64,000 bases of DNA from Ignavibacteriota bacterium (GTDB taxonomy: Bacteria; Bacteroidota; Ignavibacteria; UBA10030): the NCBI GenBank assembly GCA_963727825.1, contig CAVSHO010000009.1, positions 192,001 through 256,000 of the forward strand, given 5' to 3'. The position numbers and the translations under genes are program-made. Below the pieces are notes generated by a model, which was given only the letters and a program-made list of their open reading frames with translations, searched no databases and was not told the origin of the DNA. Every line of letters starts with the position of its first letter. Position 1 is the first letter of the stretch. Below are positions 52,972 through 62,357 of this stretch, in pieces.

Positions 52972-54639
52972 TTACGCTTTATTGCGGATGAATAACCGCT
53001 TCAGCTTTTTCCTGATGCCGCCGCGGCCTTCTTCCATTGATGCCATCAGAGTGCGCCAGTCACTTTCCGGTGCTGGATGCGTAGATTGCGAAGAAGATGG
53101 CTTTTTTATGAATCTTGGTTTCTCATCTGAAATTGCTTGCCGACTTCTGTTATCATTTCGATGATCAAGCGGTTTAAATTCACTATGCGGTTTGCCAGAA
53201 TATTCTGAACGACGTTGTTCATCGTGCGGCCGTTTTGTAAAGTCTGTCCGACGCTGTTCACTATGCGGCCGCTTTGTGAAATCTGCCTGCCGTTGCTCAC
53301 TATGTGGTCGTTCTGTGGACTCTGTACGTCGCTGTTCACTGTATGGCCGTCTTGAGGACTCTGTGCTGCGATGCTCGCGATACGGCTTTCCAGAAGATTC
53401 TGAGTGCCGGTGTTCTCGATGGTCGTCTCTTCTGCCATGTCCACCATCGCGTCGTTCGCGCGGGATTTTTTCTTCACTATGTTTTCCAGGAATGGGCGGC
53501 CTTTTTGCATAATCGAATCCAGGATACCGCTTCAACTCAAAATGCTTATCGGTAAAACGTTCAATGCTCTTTAGATATTTCAATTCTTGATTCGATACGA
53601 ATGTAATAGCATCACCGGTTGCAGATGCTCTGCCTGTGCGCCCGATACGGTGAATATAATCTTCTGCAAATGTTGGCGTATCGAAATTCACCACATGCGA
53701 AATTCCTTCTACATCAATACCGCGTGCTGCAATGTCGGTCGCAACCATTACTTTATATTGCCCCTGTTTGAATCCTGCCAAAGCCCGCTGTCTTTGAGCT
53801 TGCGTCCGGTTAGAATGGATGGCAATAGCTTTAATACCACCCCGTTCAAGTCTATTTGATATCTTATCCGCGCCATGTTTCGTACGGGAGAAGATCAAAA
53901 TACTGTCCATCTCCTCTGTCTTGAGAATGTGGAAAAGCAAATCTATTTTTAATTCTTGCGGTGACGAATAAAAATACTGCTTCACGGTTTCAACCGGGCG
54001 TCGTTGTTCTCCAATCTCGATCAACTCGGGTTTGTTTTGAATAGAAGCAACAAGTCCCTTCACTTCCTTCGACATCGTTGCGGAGAACAACAGCGTCTGC
54101 CGCTTAGCAGGAATCTTTGCAATGATCCTGCGAACATCATCGATGAAACCCATATCGAACATACGGTCCGCTTCGTCGAGTACTAAAATTTCAACATGCG
54201 ATAAATCGATTGTGCGCCGGCTGATATGATCAAGCAAACGCCCCGGTGTGGCAAATACAATATCCACGCCGCGTCGAAGACGCCTGATTTGGTTTTCCAT
54301 ATTGACACCGCCAAAAATGGCGATACTTTGTAAACCGGCAAAGCGGCCGTAGGCCGCAGTAAATTCTTCTCCTTGTTGCGCAAGTTCGCGTGTCGGCGTT
54401 AGAACAAGGCCGCGGGTTAAATGTCCCTTAATTTGCGGTCTTTCTTTCATAAAATGATTCAGCATCGGCAGAGCAAATGCTGCAGTCTTTCCGGTGCCTG
54501 TTCGTGCACAACCGATAATATCGCGGCCTGCAACAGCTAATGGAATAGCGCGTTCCTGAATTGCAGTTGGCGCAGTATATCCCGTAGCGAAAATGCCTTG
54601 CACAAGTTCATCGGCAAGGCCAAGTTTTGAAAATGGCAT
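52972..54639 (-). CDS. DEAD-box RNA helicase (RhlE-like)
   Basis: Q motif, TGTGKT, PTRELA, DEAD, SAT, ARGID, HRIGRTGR. Confidence 0.95.
   Translation of the reverse strand: MPFSKLGLADELVQGIFATGYTAPTAIQERAIPLAVAGRDIIGCARTGTGKTAAFALPMLNHFMKERPQIKGHLTRGLVLTPTRELAQQGEEFTAAYGRFAGLQSIAIFGGVNMENQIRRLRRGVDIVFATPGRLLDHISRRTIDLSHVEILVLDEADRMFDMGFIDDVRRIIAKIPAKRQTLLFSATMSKEVKGLVASIQNKPELIEIGEQRRPVETVKQYFYSSPQELKIDLLFHILKTEEMDSILIFSRTKHGADKISNRLERGGIKAIAIHSNRTQAQRQRALAGFKQGQYKVMVATDIAARGIDVEGISHVVNFDTPTFAEDYIHRIGRTGRASATGDAITFVSNQELKYLKSIERFTDKHFELKRYPGFDYAKRPPIPGKHSEEKIPRERRDGGHGRRDDHREHRHSESSGKPYREHRSTESSRRPYSEQRRTESTERPHSEQRQADFTKRPHSEQRRTDFTKRPHDEQRRSEYSGKPHSEFKPLDHRNDNRSRQAISDEKPRFIKKPSSSQSTHPAPESDWRTLMASMEEGRGGIRKKLKRLFIRNKA
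53178..53419 (-). repeat. About six 39-bp (13-aa) tandem repeats in the helicase C-terminal tail
   Basis: REHRHSESSGKPY / REHRSTESSRRPY / SEQRRTESTERPH / SEQRQADFTKRPH / SEQRRTDFTKRPH / DEQRRSEYSGKPH. Confidence 0.85.
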
Positions 54640-54766
54640 AAATATATCCTTACAATAAAAATGAGGAAACACGCTTTACAGGATAGAAAACTTGCAGAAG
54701 ATAAACTCCGCCGGCGTGCGGATATGCCATTTCAAAGAATGTATAAGTGCGCTTTTGAGATGACTT

Positions 54767-55053
54767 GAAAAGAAGAACACATAATTGGTTAGTTCTTCCG
54801 TGCAGTACCTTAGTGTCGGTCCTTCTATCTCAGAACCATCACTTCGCCACATTGAGTAGAATCCCTGCCTGCCGGCAGGCAGGCGATCACAGATCGGATC
54901 ATTTACTCATTAACATCCGATGTTATCATCGGACACTATCAATAATTGCTTCTTGGTTATGGCGATTGCTAAATTGTCATCAGAGAGCGAGTCTCAAATG
55001 TCCGCTTCCGATGCTCAATTGCACGGATGCGGGTAGCCGCTATTTGCGGCTAT
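54767..55053 (-). promoter_or_regulatory. Candidate structured 5' leader RNA of the DEAD-box helicase
   Basis: Nested complementary segments and a terminator-like hairpin; see findings. Confidence 0.5.
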
Positions 55054-55113
55054 AAATAAGATACGGATTTTTATTCCGAGTTCCTATGGAATTGTCATCC
55101 CATTTTTTTCTAG

Positions 55114-55181
55114 TTGAGAGGGAGTTCTACTCCCGACCTTAACCTATAACCTCTTTGTTCGGGAGAACATCTCCCTCACAA
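55114..55181. repeat. REP pair (GAGGGAGTTCTACTCCCGA ... TCGGGAGAACATCTCCCTC)
   Basis: Imperfect inverted pair of hairpins. Confidence 0.6.
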
Positions 55182-55255
55182 CTTGGTAAGTACATATTGA
55201 TCCACGCATTTTATAAGTTTGAAGTAACAATCTTTTCATGCAATATTGTAAGCGT

Positions 55256-56424
55256 ATGAGTACAGATGTCATCATCATTGGAGCAGGCGCAGCAGGATTA
55301 ATGTGCGCCATCGAGGCTGGCAAGCGAGGCCGCTCCGTCCTTGTTCTGGATCATAACAAGAAGATCGGTCAGAAAATCCGAATCTCTGGCGGCGGCAGAT
55401 GTAATTTCACAAACAGAACCGCAAACCCATCGAACTTCATCTCACAGAACCCACACTTCTGTAAATCTGCACTGGCACGATACACATCGGCAGATTTTAT
55501 TTCGCTGATTGAAAAGCATGGCATTCAGTATCACGAAAGAGAACATGGACAATTATTTTGTGATGGCAGTGCAGAACAAATTATTCACATGTTATTTGAA
55601 GAATGCCGGAGCGTCGGAGTTACCATACAGACCGACTCGAAGATTAAAAGATCACAAAGCTGGAAGATGGATTTGAATTGATCACTGATCACTCAACATT
55701 GATCACTGCTCATCTCGTCATTGCTACAGGCGGACTTTCAATTCCAAAGATAGGTGCAACAAATTTCGGTCTCAAGATTGCAGAACAATTCGGTATCAAC
55801 ATCATTCCACCAAAGCCAGGACTCGTGCCGCTAACCTTTCATTCTAAGGACTTTGATGCCTTCAAAAATTTAAGCGGCATTTCGTTTGATGCAGAAGTTC
55901 GATGCAACAAAATATTCTTTCGTGAAAACATGCTATTAACGCATCGAGGTTTAAGCGGTCCTGCTATTTTACAGATTTCATCTTACTGGAACCCCGGAAA
56001 TTCTATTTCTGTCAACCTTCTTCCCGGTATTGATATTCTTGACGTGTTGAAAGGAAATCATCGGAGCAAGAAACAACTCGCAACTATCTTGGAACAATTT
56101 CTCCCTTCGCGTTTTGTCAAAGTCTGGTTAGAACATCGAGGTGGTTCAAAACCATTGAGTCAATATTTAGCTTCTGAGCTTAAAGAAATTGTCCGGCATT
56201 TAAGCGATTGGCAGATTACACCTTCAGGAACTGAAGGTTATCCAAAAGCTGAAGTGACGGTCGGCGGAGTTGATACAAAAGAATTATCATCGAAAACGAT
56301 GGAAACGAAAAAGGTACCGGGACTCTATTTCATTGGAGAAGTAGTTGATGTTACCGGTTGGCTTGGAGGATACAATTTTCAATGGGCTTGGTCGTCCGGT
56401 TGGGCAGCGGGACAGGTGGTGTGA
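55256..56424 (+). CDS. HI0933/BaiN-family flavoprotein, apparent -1 frameshift ~55648
   Basis: GAGAAG, SGGGRCNFTN, ATGG, THRGLSGP, GGYNFQWAWSSG. Confidence 0.9.
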
Positions 56425-56667
56425 AAAGCAGAAAGCAGTTCTCAGTTATCAGTAATCAGTAACTGATGTTACGCACTAATAATTTTTATGAAGGATTTAT
56501 AGTTCTTTATATGATGGTCCACCTCCCTATCCCGACCCGATTTTGTATCGTGTCGGGATTTCCCCTCCTCAAACGAGGAGGGGAGAAAGGGGTAGTGGAG
56601 TGCACCCCTTGCGTGAGACAAATATTTTGAGTATTAAGATGGACATATTTCCGAGAGGAGATGTCCC

Positions 56668-57000
56668 ATGTCAGTTACACGCAAGCGGTTCACCCGTGAA
56701 TTTAAATTACAAGTAATTCGAGCCTATGAATCAGGCACAACGGTCGGTGAGTTAACCCGACAATTTGATATTCATCCGAATCTTATTTATAAATGGAGCC
56801 AAGAGTATCGTAATAATCCTACAGGAGCATTCCACGGTACAGCCAGTGCCAATGAAGTACCTCAACAAGCCGAGCAACGAGTGGCTGAACTTGAACGCAT
56901 CATTGGCCGATTGACAGTGGAGAATGATTTTTTAAAAAAAGCCTTGCAGCATGCCAAAACCATATTGGCCGAACCAAACGACAGACCTATCAAGCCATAA
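56668..57000 (+). CDS. IS3 transposase OrfA (HTH)
   Basis: RKRFTREFK, IYKW, ENDFLKKA. Confidence 0.93.
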   Translation: MSVTRKRFTREFKLQVIRAYESGTTVGELTRQFDIHPNLIYKWSQEYRNNPTGAFHGTASANEVPQQAEQRVAELERIIGRLTVENDFLKKALQHAKTILAEPNDRPIKP

Positions 57001-57872
57001 TGAATGGACTGATTGACCATATTGACATCGATTTAACGATCCAGGAGTGTTGTCGCCTCTCTGGTATTCCACGATCAAGTTATTATCGCCAGCACAACGT
57101 CCAGAGGCAAATAGATCCCGTTGAAGGGCAAGTGCACCAAGTCTGTCGTGAACATCCACGTTATGGGTATCGACGTGTCACCAAAGAATTATATCGTCGT
57201 GGTTTAAAAGCGAATCATAAACGAGTTTTAGCCTTGATGCGCAAGGGAAATATCCTCTGCCGCATAAAACGACGTTTTGTTCATACGACCGATTCACGGC
57301 ATAACTTACCGATTTACCCAAATGTGGCACGATCACTTGTCGTTACACGACCCAACGAACTTTGGGTTGCCGATATCACCTATGTGCGCTTGCTTCGTGG
57401 CTTTGCCTATCTGGCGGTCATCCTTGATGCATTTAGTCGCCGAGTTGTTGGCTGGGCAATGAGTATGCACATTGATACAAAGTTGAGCTTGGCTGCATTA
57501 ACGATGGCTTTGGAAACGCGTTTTGTTGCCAATGGTCTGGTGCATCATTCGGACCGTGGCGTGCAGTACGCCTCCAGCGACTACGTTGCTCTCTTGAAGT
57601 CAAAGAACATTGTCATTAGCATGAGCCGCAAGGGGAATCCTTATGACAATGCTATGGCAGAATCATTTATGAAAACTCTCAAGTCCGAAGAAGTCTCATT
57701 AAACGAATATGAAACCTTCTCCGATGCAAAACTAAATATCGAACACTTCATCGATCTTGTTTATAATAATAAACGGCTTCATTCGTCCATCGGTTATATA
57801 ACCCCGGTTGAGTCTGAAGCTCCATATATAAACGGTTCCACCTTAGTTCAACAAAATTATGTCTCAGTTTAG
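57000..57872 (+). CDS. IS3 transposase OrfB (DDE integrase core)
   Basis: YGYRR, WVADITY, HHSDRGVQY, DNAMAES, YNNKRLHS. Confidence 0.95.
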   Translation: MNGLIDHIDIDLTIQECCRLSGIPRSSYYRQHNVQRQIDPVEGQVHQVCREHPRYGYRRVTKELYRRGLKANHKRVLALMRKGNILCRIKRRFVHTTDSRHNLPIYPNVARSLVVTRPNELWVADITYVRLLRGFAYLAVILDAFSRRVVGWAMSMHIDTKLSLAALTMALETRFVANGLVHHSDRGVQYASSDYVALLKSKNIVISMSRKGNPYDNAMAESFMKTLKSEEVSLNEYETFSDAKLNIEHFIDLVYNNKRLHSSIGYITPVESEAPYINGSTLVQQNYVSV

Positions 57873-57973
57873 GGGTTCACTCCATAGTGTACTTTGTTCT
57901 ATTATATTCCATGTTTATCAACATAAAAGATGGTTTTGCGTAACATCAGTCAGTAATAAAATATTTGTTAAAC

Positions 57974-58003
57974 AAAACCCGCGTCGATTTCTCAACGCGG
58001 GTT
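57974..58003 (-). terminator. Intrinsic terminator after the M16 protease gene
   Basis: AACCCGCGT / ACGCGGGTT stem with T-run on the - strand. Confidence 0.7.
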
Positions 58004-58033
58004 ATCTCTTTACTGATAACAGTTAACTCACAA

Positions 58034-60796
58034 TTACTTTATTACATTTCCATTGCTGTCAATCAGTTTCACTTCGCCATATCCGAGTTCGCGGATTCCT
58101 GCTTCAATCTTTGAACGATCACCAACTACTATCCAAATTAAGTTGTCCGGATACACAACTTTTTTTGCCGCATCTGCGATATTATCAAGATTTAAGCTTT
58201 TAATTTTCTTGACGAAAGTTTCAAAGTAATCGTCACGATAATCGAAACGAACCATTTCGGCAATAGAACCGATAACTGCATTATTGGTTTCCCAAGAACC
58301 GGGAAGTTCGAGCGTCAAGTTGCTTTGTACTTTAGCCAATTCATCGGCAGTAGCCGGGCGCGGGCCAAGAATGTCCCGGAGTTCCTTGTTCAGTTCTATC
58401 ATTGATTCTTTTGTCTTGTCCGTCTGCACAATACCATAGGCAATGAACGGCTGCTGTCCGCGTGCATTATACACGAAACTACCAGAACCGTACGACCAAT
58501 GTTTATCTTCTCGTAAATTCATATTGATGCGAGAAGTAAAAGCGCCGCCTAAGATTGTATTCATAGCATCAATTGCGATTGCGGCTGGATCGTTCTTCGG
58601 CACAGTCACGTTTACAGGAAAAATAATCGATTGCAGTGACCCGGGTTTATCTAAGATGTATACACTCGATTTAGCCGGCAGATTAACTATCGCCAGATTT
58701 TTCTTCGGCACTTCTCCGGCTTTCCAACCGCTGAATAACTTTTCTAACCGCGGCTTCAATTCATTCATTGTAATATCGCCGACAACAATCATCGTGGCTG
58801 CGTTCGGTTTGATCCACGTTTGATAGAATTTTACCATGTCATCGCGCGTCATCTTCGCCACTGTTTCTTCCGTACCGGAACCAGTGAGCGGAGTACTATA
58901 TGCGTGATCGTTTCCGTATAGCAATTTAGGCAGCACACGCAATCCCATTTGTATGGGCTGAGTTTTTTCCCGTTGAATACCGGCAATCGTTTGTTTCTGC
59001 AGACGATCAAAGTCCTCCTTCGGGAATGACGGCTTCAACACGACATCTGCATATATAGCAAGCGAAGCATCCAAGTTTGCTTTGAGTGCAGAAAGAGAAA
59101 TGGTGGACATGTCAAGATTTGATCCTGTGCTCAGGTTCGCACCAAGCATCGCCAATTCTTCACTAATCTGCAAAGCATTGCGTGTCGTCGTTCCTTCGTC
59201 CATCATCTTCATTGCAAGGTTTGCTGTACCAGGAGATGCAAATTGATCTGCGGCATATCCCGCATCAAATAACAAATTGAAGTTTACTACGGGCACGGAT
59301 TTCCGTTCGGCAAGAATCACTTTAAGCCCATTGGATAAAACCGTACGCTCAAGTTTTGGAAACATTGCTTCCGGAGCTTCTCCAGTTTTGGGTAATGTTT
59401 TGCGAACGACTGTATCTGTTTTAGTTTCGGAATAATTCGGGAACGGATATATTTCAAGCACATACACGCCATCAGAAAGCCACTGCTTTGCTACATTGTG
59501 TAAATCTTTCACGGTCGCACTTTGCACTTGCTTTAATGTCGTCTTGTAAAAATCGGGCGAGCCGCCAAAAACTTGATTCATTGCAAGAATGTCGGACTTA
59601 CCTCCGAATCCGCCGATGCGCTCGATGCCGCGAACGAATCTTGCGACATATTGAGTTTTTACACGCTCAAGTTCTTTTGCCGTAGGACCGGATTTCATAA
59701 TCTTGGCAAGTTCCTCATCGAGAGCGGCTTCGACTTTTTTCAAATCGTCACCCGGTTTTGCCGTAACTTCAATGTAGAATTGACTTGCAATTTCTCTTTC
59801 ATCGAGATACGAGTTCACGTTTGTTGCAATCTGGTCATCGTACACAAGGCGCTTGTAAAGGCGTGAGGTTTTCCCGGAGGCAAGAACATTTGTTAAGAGC
59901 TTTAAGTATTGAAATTCTGCTGTTCCCCATTGCGGAATGTTCCAAACTTTATAAATGCGTGCCTGAGGCACGCGATCTTGTGCAACCTGTCGCTGTTCAC
60001 CGGTTCGCTTTGCGGTCCATGAATTGAAATGCGCCACAGGCGGCCCGGATGGAATATCGCCAAAATATTTCTTCACTTTTTCCAATGCTGTGTTTGCATC
60101 AATATCGCCTGCAACTACCAAGACCGCATTCGCTGCTCCATAATACGTTTTGAACCAGTCCTTCACATCATCAAGCGATGCCGCATTTAAATCTTCCATT
60201 GAACCGATCACAGTATGCGCGTATGGATGCTCTGCCGGCCAGGTCGCCTTCGTGATAAGCTCCTCAGAAATCGCATAGGGTTCATTCTCTCCCTGTCTTT
60301 TTTCGTTTTGCACAACACCGCGTTGTTCATCTAATTTCTTTTGACTGATGGCACCAACCAAGTGTCCCATCCGGTCCGATTCCATCCAGAGTGCAAGGTC
60401 TACCGCATTTGTCGGAACATTTTGAAAATAATTCGTACGGTCTTCACTTGTAGTACCGTTGAGATCGGTCGCACCGACGCGTTCCATTATTTGGAAATAA
60501 TCATCGTCATAATTCTCGCTGCCGTTGAACATCAAATGTTCAAACAGATGTGCAAAACCCGTGCGCCTCTCTTTCTCATTTTTTGATCCGACGTGGTACC
60601 AAACGTTCACCGCAACTATTGGCGACTTATGATCTTCATGCACAATTAACGTGAGACCGTTCTCCAGCACAAACTTTTTATACTGAATATCAATTTCGGG
60701 CGTGTTTTTCTTCGGACTTTGTTTTTGCGCAACCAGGAGAAGAGGAAAAACCGATACGGTGAAAAGGATTAGACCAAACAACAAAGAAGTTTTCAT
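58034..60796 (-). CDS. M16 family zinc protease (pitrilysin-like, fused two-module)
   Basis: Signal peptide; HLFEH (HxxEH); LREDKHWSY; AGGAGG RBS. Confidence 0.93.
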   Translation of the reverse strand: MKTSLLFGLILFTVSVFPLLLVAQKQSPKKNTPEIDIQYKKFVLENGLTLIVHEDHKSPIVAVNVWYHVGSKNEKERRTGFAHLFEHLMFNGSENYDDDYFQIMERVGATDLNGTTSEDRTNYFQNVPTNAVDLALWMESDRMGHLVGAISQKKLDEQRGVVQNEKRQGENEPYAISEELITKATWPAEHPYAHTVIGSMEDLNAASLDDVKDWFKTYYGAANAVLVVAGDIDANTALEKVKKYFGDIPSGPPVAHFNSWTAKRTGEQRQVAQDRVPQARIYKVWNIPQWGTAEFQYLKLLTNVLASGKTSRLYKRLVYDDQIATNVNSYLDEREIASQFYIEVTAKPGDDLKKVEAALDEELAKIMKSGPTAKELERVKTQYVARFVRGIERIGGFGGKSDILAMNQVFGGSPDFYKTTLKQVQSATVKDLHNVAKQWLSDGVYVLEIYPFPNYSETKTDTVVRKTLPKTGEAPEAMFPKLERTVLSNGLKVILAERKSVPVVNFNLLFDAGYAADQFASPGTANLAMKMMDEGTTTRNALQISEELAMLGANLSTGSNLDMSTISLSALKANLDASLAIYADVVLKPSFPKEDFDRLQKQTIAGIQREKTQPIQMGLRVLPKLLYGNDHAYSTPLTGSGTEETVAKMTRDDMVKFYQTWIKPNAATMIVVGDITMNELKPRLEKLFSGWKAGEVPKKNLAIVNLPAKSSVYILDKPGSLQSIIFPVNVTVPKNDPAAIAIDAMNTILGGAFTSRINMNLREDKHWSYGSGSFVYNARGQQPFIAYGIVQTDKTKESMIELNKELRDILGPRPATADELAKVQSNLTLELPGSWETNNAVIGSIAEMVRFDYRDDYFETFVKKIKSLNLDNIADAAKKVVYPDNLIWIVVGDRSKIEAGIRELGYGEVKLIDSNGNVIK

Positions 60797-61152
60797 AGGC
60801 CCTCCTTGAATTTGAGCATAGGTAAATTGGAATAAATAAAAGAATAGATATTGAAGTGTCATAGGCTGTTCTTATAACGGATAAATAGAGTAAAAAGTTG
60901 CGATGAGAAGCTACTGAATTACAATTAGAAAGACAAGAAGCCAAGAATAAAACCGGCAAGTTCTTCCGGTGCATCTACGGGGACAAAATAACCGGCATTT
61001 TTATAGTTACAAGTTCAAATTGAAGAATTAGCGTGAATACCTTCAGAAAACCTTAACGGATTAACGAAAAAGCATTTATATTTAATTTTGCATATCGATT
61101 GTCCAGGTGGTACATTAAAAATATTATGCTACCATACAAAGGAAATAGCGAT

Positions 61153-62064
61153 TTGAAGACTACAACGTTAACACTTAACACACCTCATGATTTCGACTTT
61201 TTGCGAACAGTGTACAGTCATGGCTGGTGTTCCTTGCTTCCGTTCAGTGTGGACAAAGAGCATCGGGCATTGAACAGAATTCTTACATTGACTAATGGAT
61301 CGCTTGTCCTCTGCCGGATATCAGATCAAAAAAATTCGCAGCTTAGCATCAAAATGAATAGCCCTGCATTATTGACCGCTGCTCACCGCTCCGAAGTCAT
61401 CCAGCAAATTATATCGTGTTTGCGATTGACAGAAGATTTCTCTGATTTCTATCGCGAGACTCGACGTTATCCGGAACATCGCTGGATTGCGAAGGCAAAA
61501 GCCGGACGTATGCTACGCTCACCATCTGTTTTTGAAGATGTGGTAAAAATGATTTGTACGACAAATTGCAGCTGGGCGCTTACCGAAATAATGGTGAGTA
61601 ATCTTGTTGAAGAATTTGGCAAAGCATTCGATGATTCAAAAAAATCATTTCCCTCACCAGAAGCTATTGCCGGTACAACAGATCGGTTCCTACGAAAGAA
61701 TATTAAGGCTGGTTATCGTTCTCCGTTTCTTCTGGAATTTGCCCAAAAAATTGCCGGCGGCAAATTAGATGTTGAATGCTGGCGCTCATCTGAACTCACA
61801 ACAGATGCACTCTTTAAAGAACTCCGTTCTATTAAAGGTGTTGGCGCATACTCAGCTGGCAATATTTTAAAACTGCTTGGCAGATACGACTATCTCGGAC
61901 TCGATTCATGGGTGCGAGCTCAGTACTATAAAATGTTTCATCAAGGAAGAACCGTTAGTGACCGTACGATTGAACGAAGATATACTCAGTTCGGAAAGTG
62001 GCGCGGGCTTTTCTTTTGGTTAGAAATGACAAAACACTGGTACGATCACGAGTTTCCATTCTAA
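61153..62064 (+). CDS. HhH-GPD family DNA glycosylase (AlkA/OGG-like)
   Basis: RSPSVFEDVVK, FPSPE, GYR, IKGVGAYSA HhH, D in LDSW; start uncertain (61126 or 61153). Confidence 0.82.
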   Translation: MKTTTLTLNTPHDFDFLRTVYSHGWCSLLPFSVDKEHRALNRILTLTNGSLVLCRISDQKNSQLSIKMNSPALLTAAHRSEVIQQIISCLRLTEDFSDFYRETRRYPEHRWIAKAKAGRMLRSPSVFEDVVKMICTTNCSWALTEIMVSNLVEEFGKAFDDSKKSFPSPEAIAGTTDRFLRKNIKAGYRSPFLLEFAQKIAGGKLDVECWRSSELTTDALFKELRSIKGVGAYSAGNILKLLGRYDYLGLDSWVRAQYYKMFHQGRTVSDRTIERRYTQFGKWRGLFFWLEMTKHWYDHEFPF

Positions 62065-62079
62065 GAATTATTAAAAGCC

Positions 62080-62269
62080 ATCTCAAAAATGATTTTGAGT
62101 CACCCTGAGTCATGCTGAGCAAAGTCGAAGCACGAAGGGTGACGTGATATGCTACAGTTCAGACTTCGACTCGCCTGCTCGCTGACGTTCAAAGAATTTA
62201 GGCGATCTTACCAAGGACTTGTTCGGCAGGCAGGCAAGCTCAATCTGACAACAAGAATATTTTTGAGAT
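62080..62269. repeat. Composite nested REP cluster bounded by ATCTCAAAAAT inverted repeats
   Basis: IRs at 62080-62090 and 62259-62269; GTCACCCTGA[GTCATGCTGAGC..GTCGAAGCA]CGAAGGGTGAC inside. Confidence 0.7.
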
Positions 62270-62282
62270 AACTCCTATATGA

Positions 62283-62318
62283 CAAAGCCTCCGATTGTTC
62301 TACCACCCGGAGGCTTTG
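62283..62318. terminator. Hairpin between convergent genes
   Basis: CAAAGCCTCCG / CGGAGGCTTTG. Confidence 0.6.
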
Positions 62319-62357
62319 CTTTCTCCCACCTTCACAGAGAGGGGTTTCTGTGAATAA

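Larger units (their letters stand above)
56596..57884 (+). mobile_element. IS3-family insertion sequence, 1289 bp
   Basis: TG...CA ends; IRL TGGAGTGCACCCCTTGCGTGAGACA vs IRR TGGAGTGAACCCCTAAACTGAGACA; 3-bp TSD TAG. Confidence 0.95.
56462..57950. mobile_element. MITE-like element (TIR ACTGATGTTACGCA, TSD CAGTA) interrupted by the IS3 element
   Basis: Perfect 14-bp TIRs at 56462-56475 and 57937-57950; CAGTA at 56457-56461 and 57951-57955. Confidence 0.8.

Noticed and set aside
53178-53419. Possible CRISPR array
   Set aside because: The repeats are in frame, tandem and lack unique spacers; no cas genes in the window.
53192-53512. + strand ORF with repeated CxxC (RRCSLCGR), like a zinc-finger array
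   Set aside because: It is the antisense shadow of the helicase 39-bp repeats.
54765-55055. 96-aa + strand ORF
   Set aside because: TTG start, contains the REP-derived PACRQAG, no family resemblance; better explained as a structured leader.
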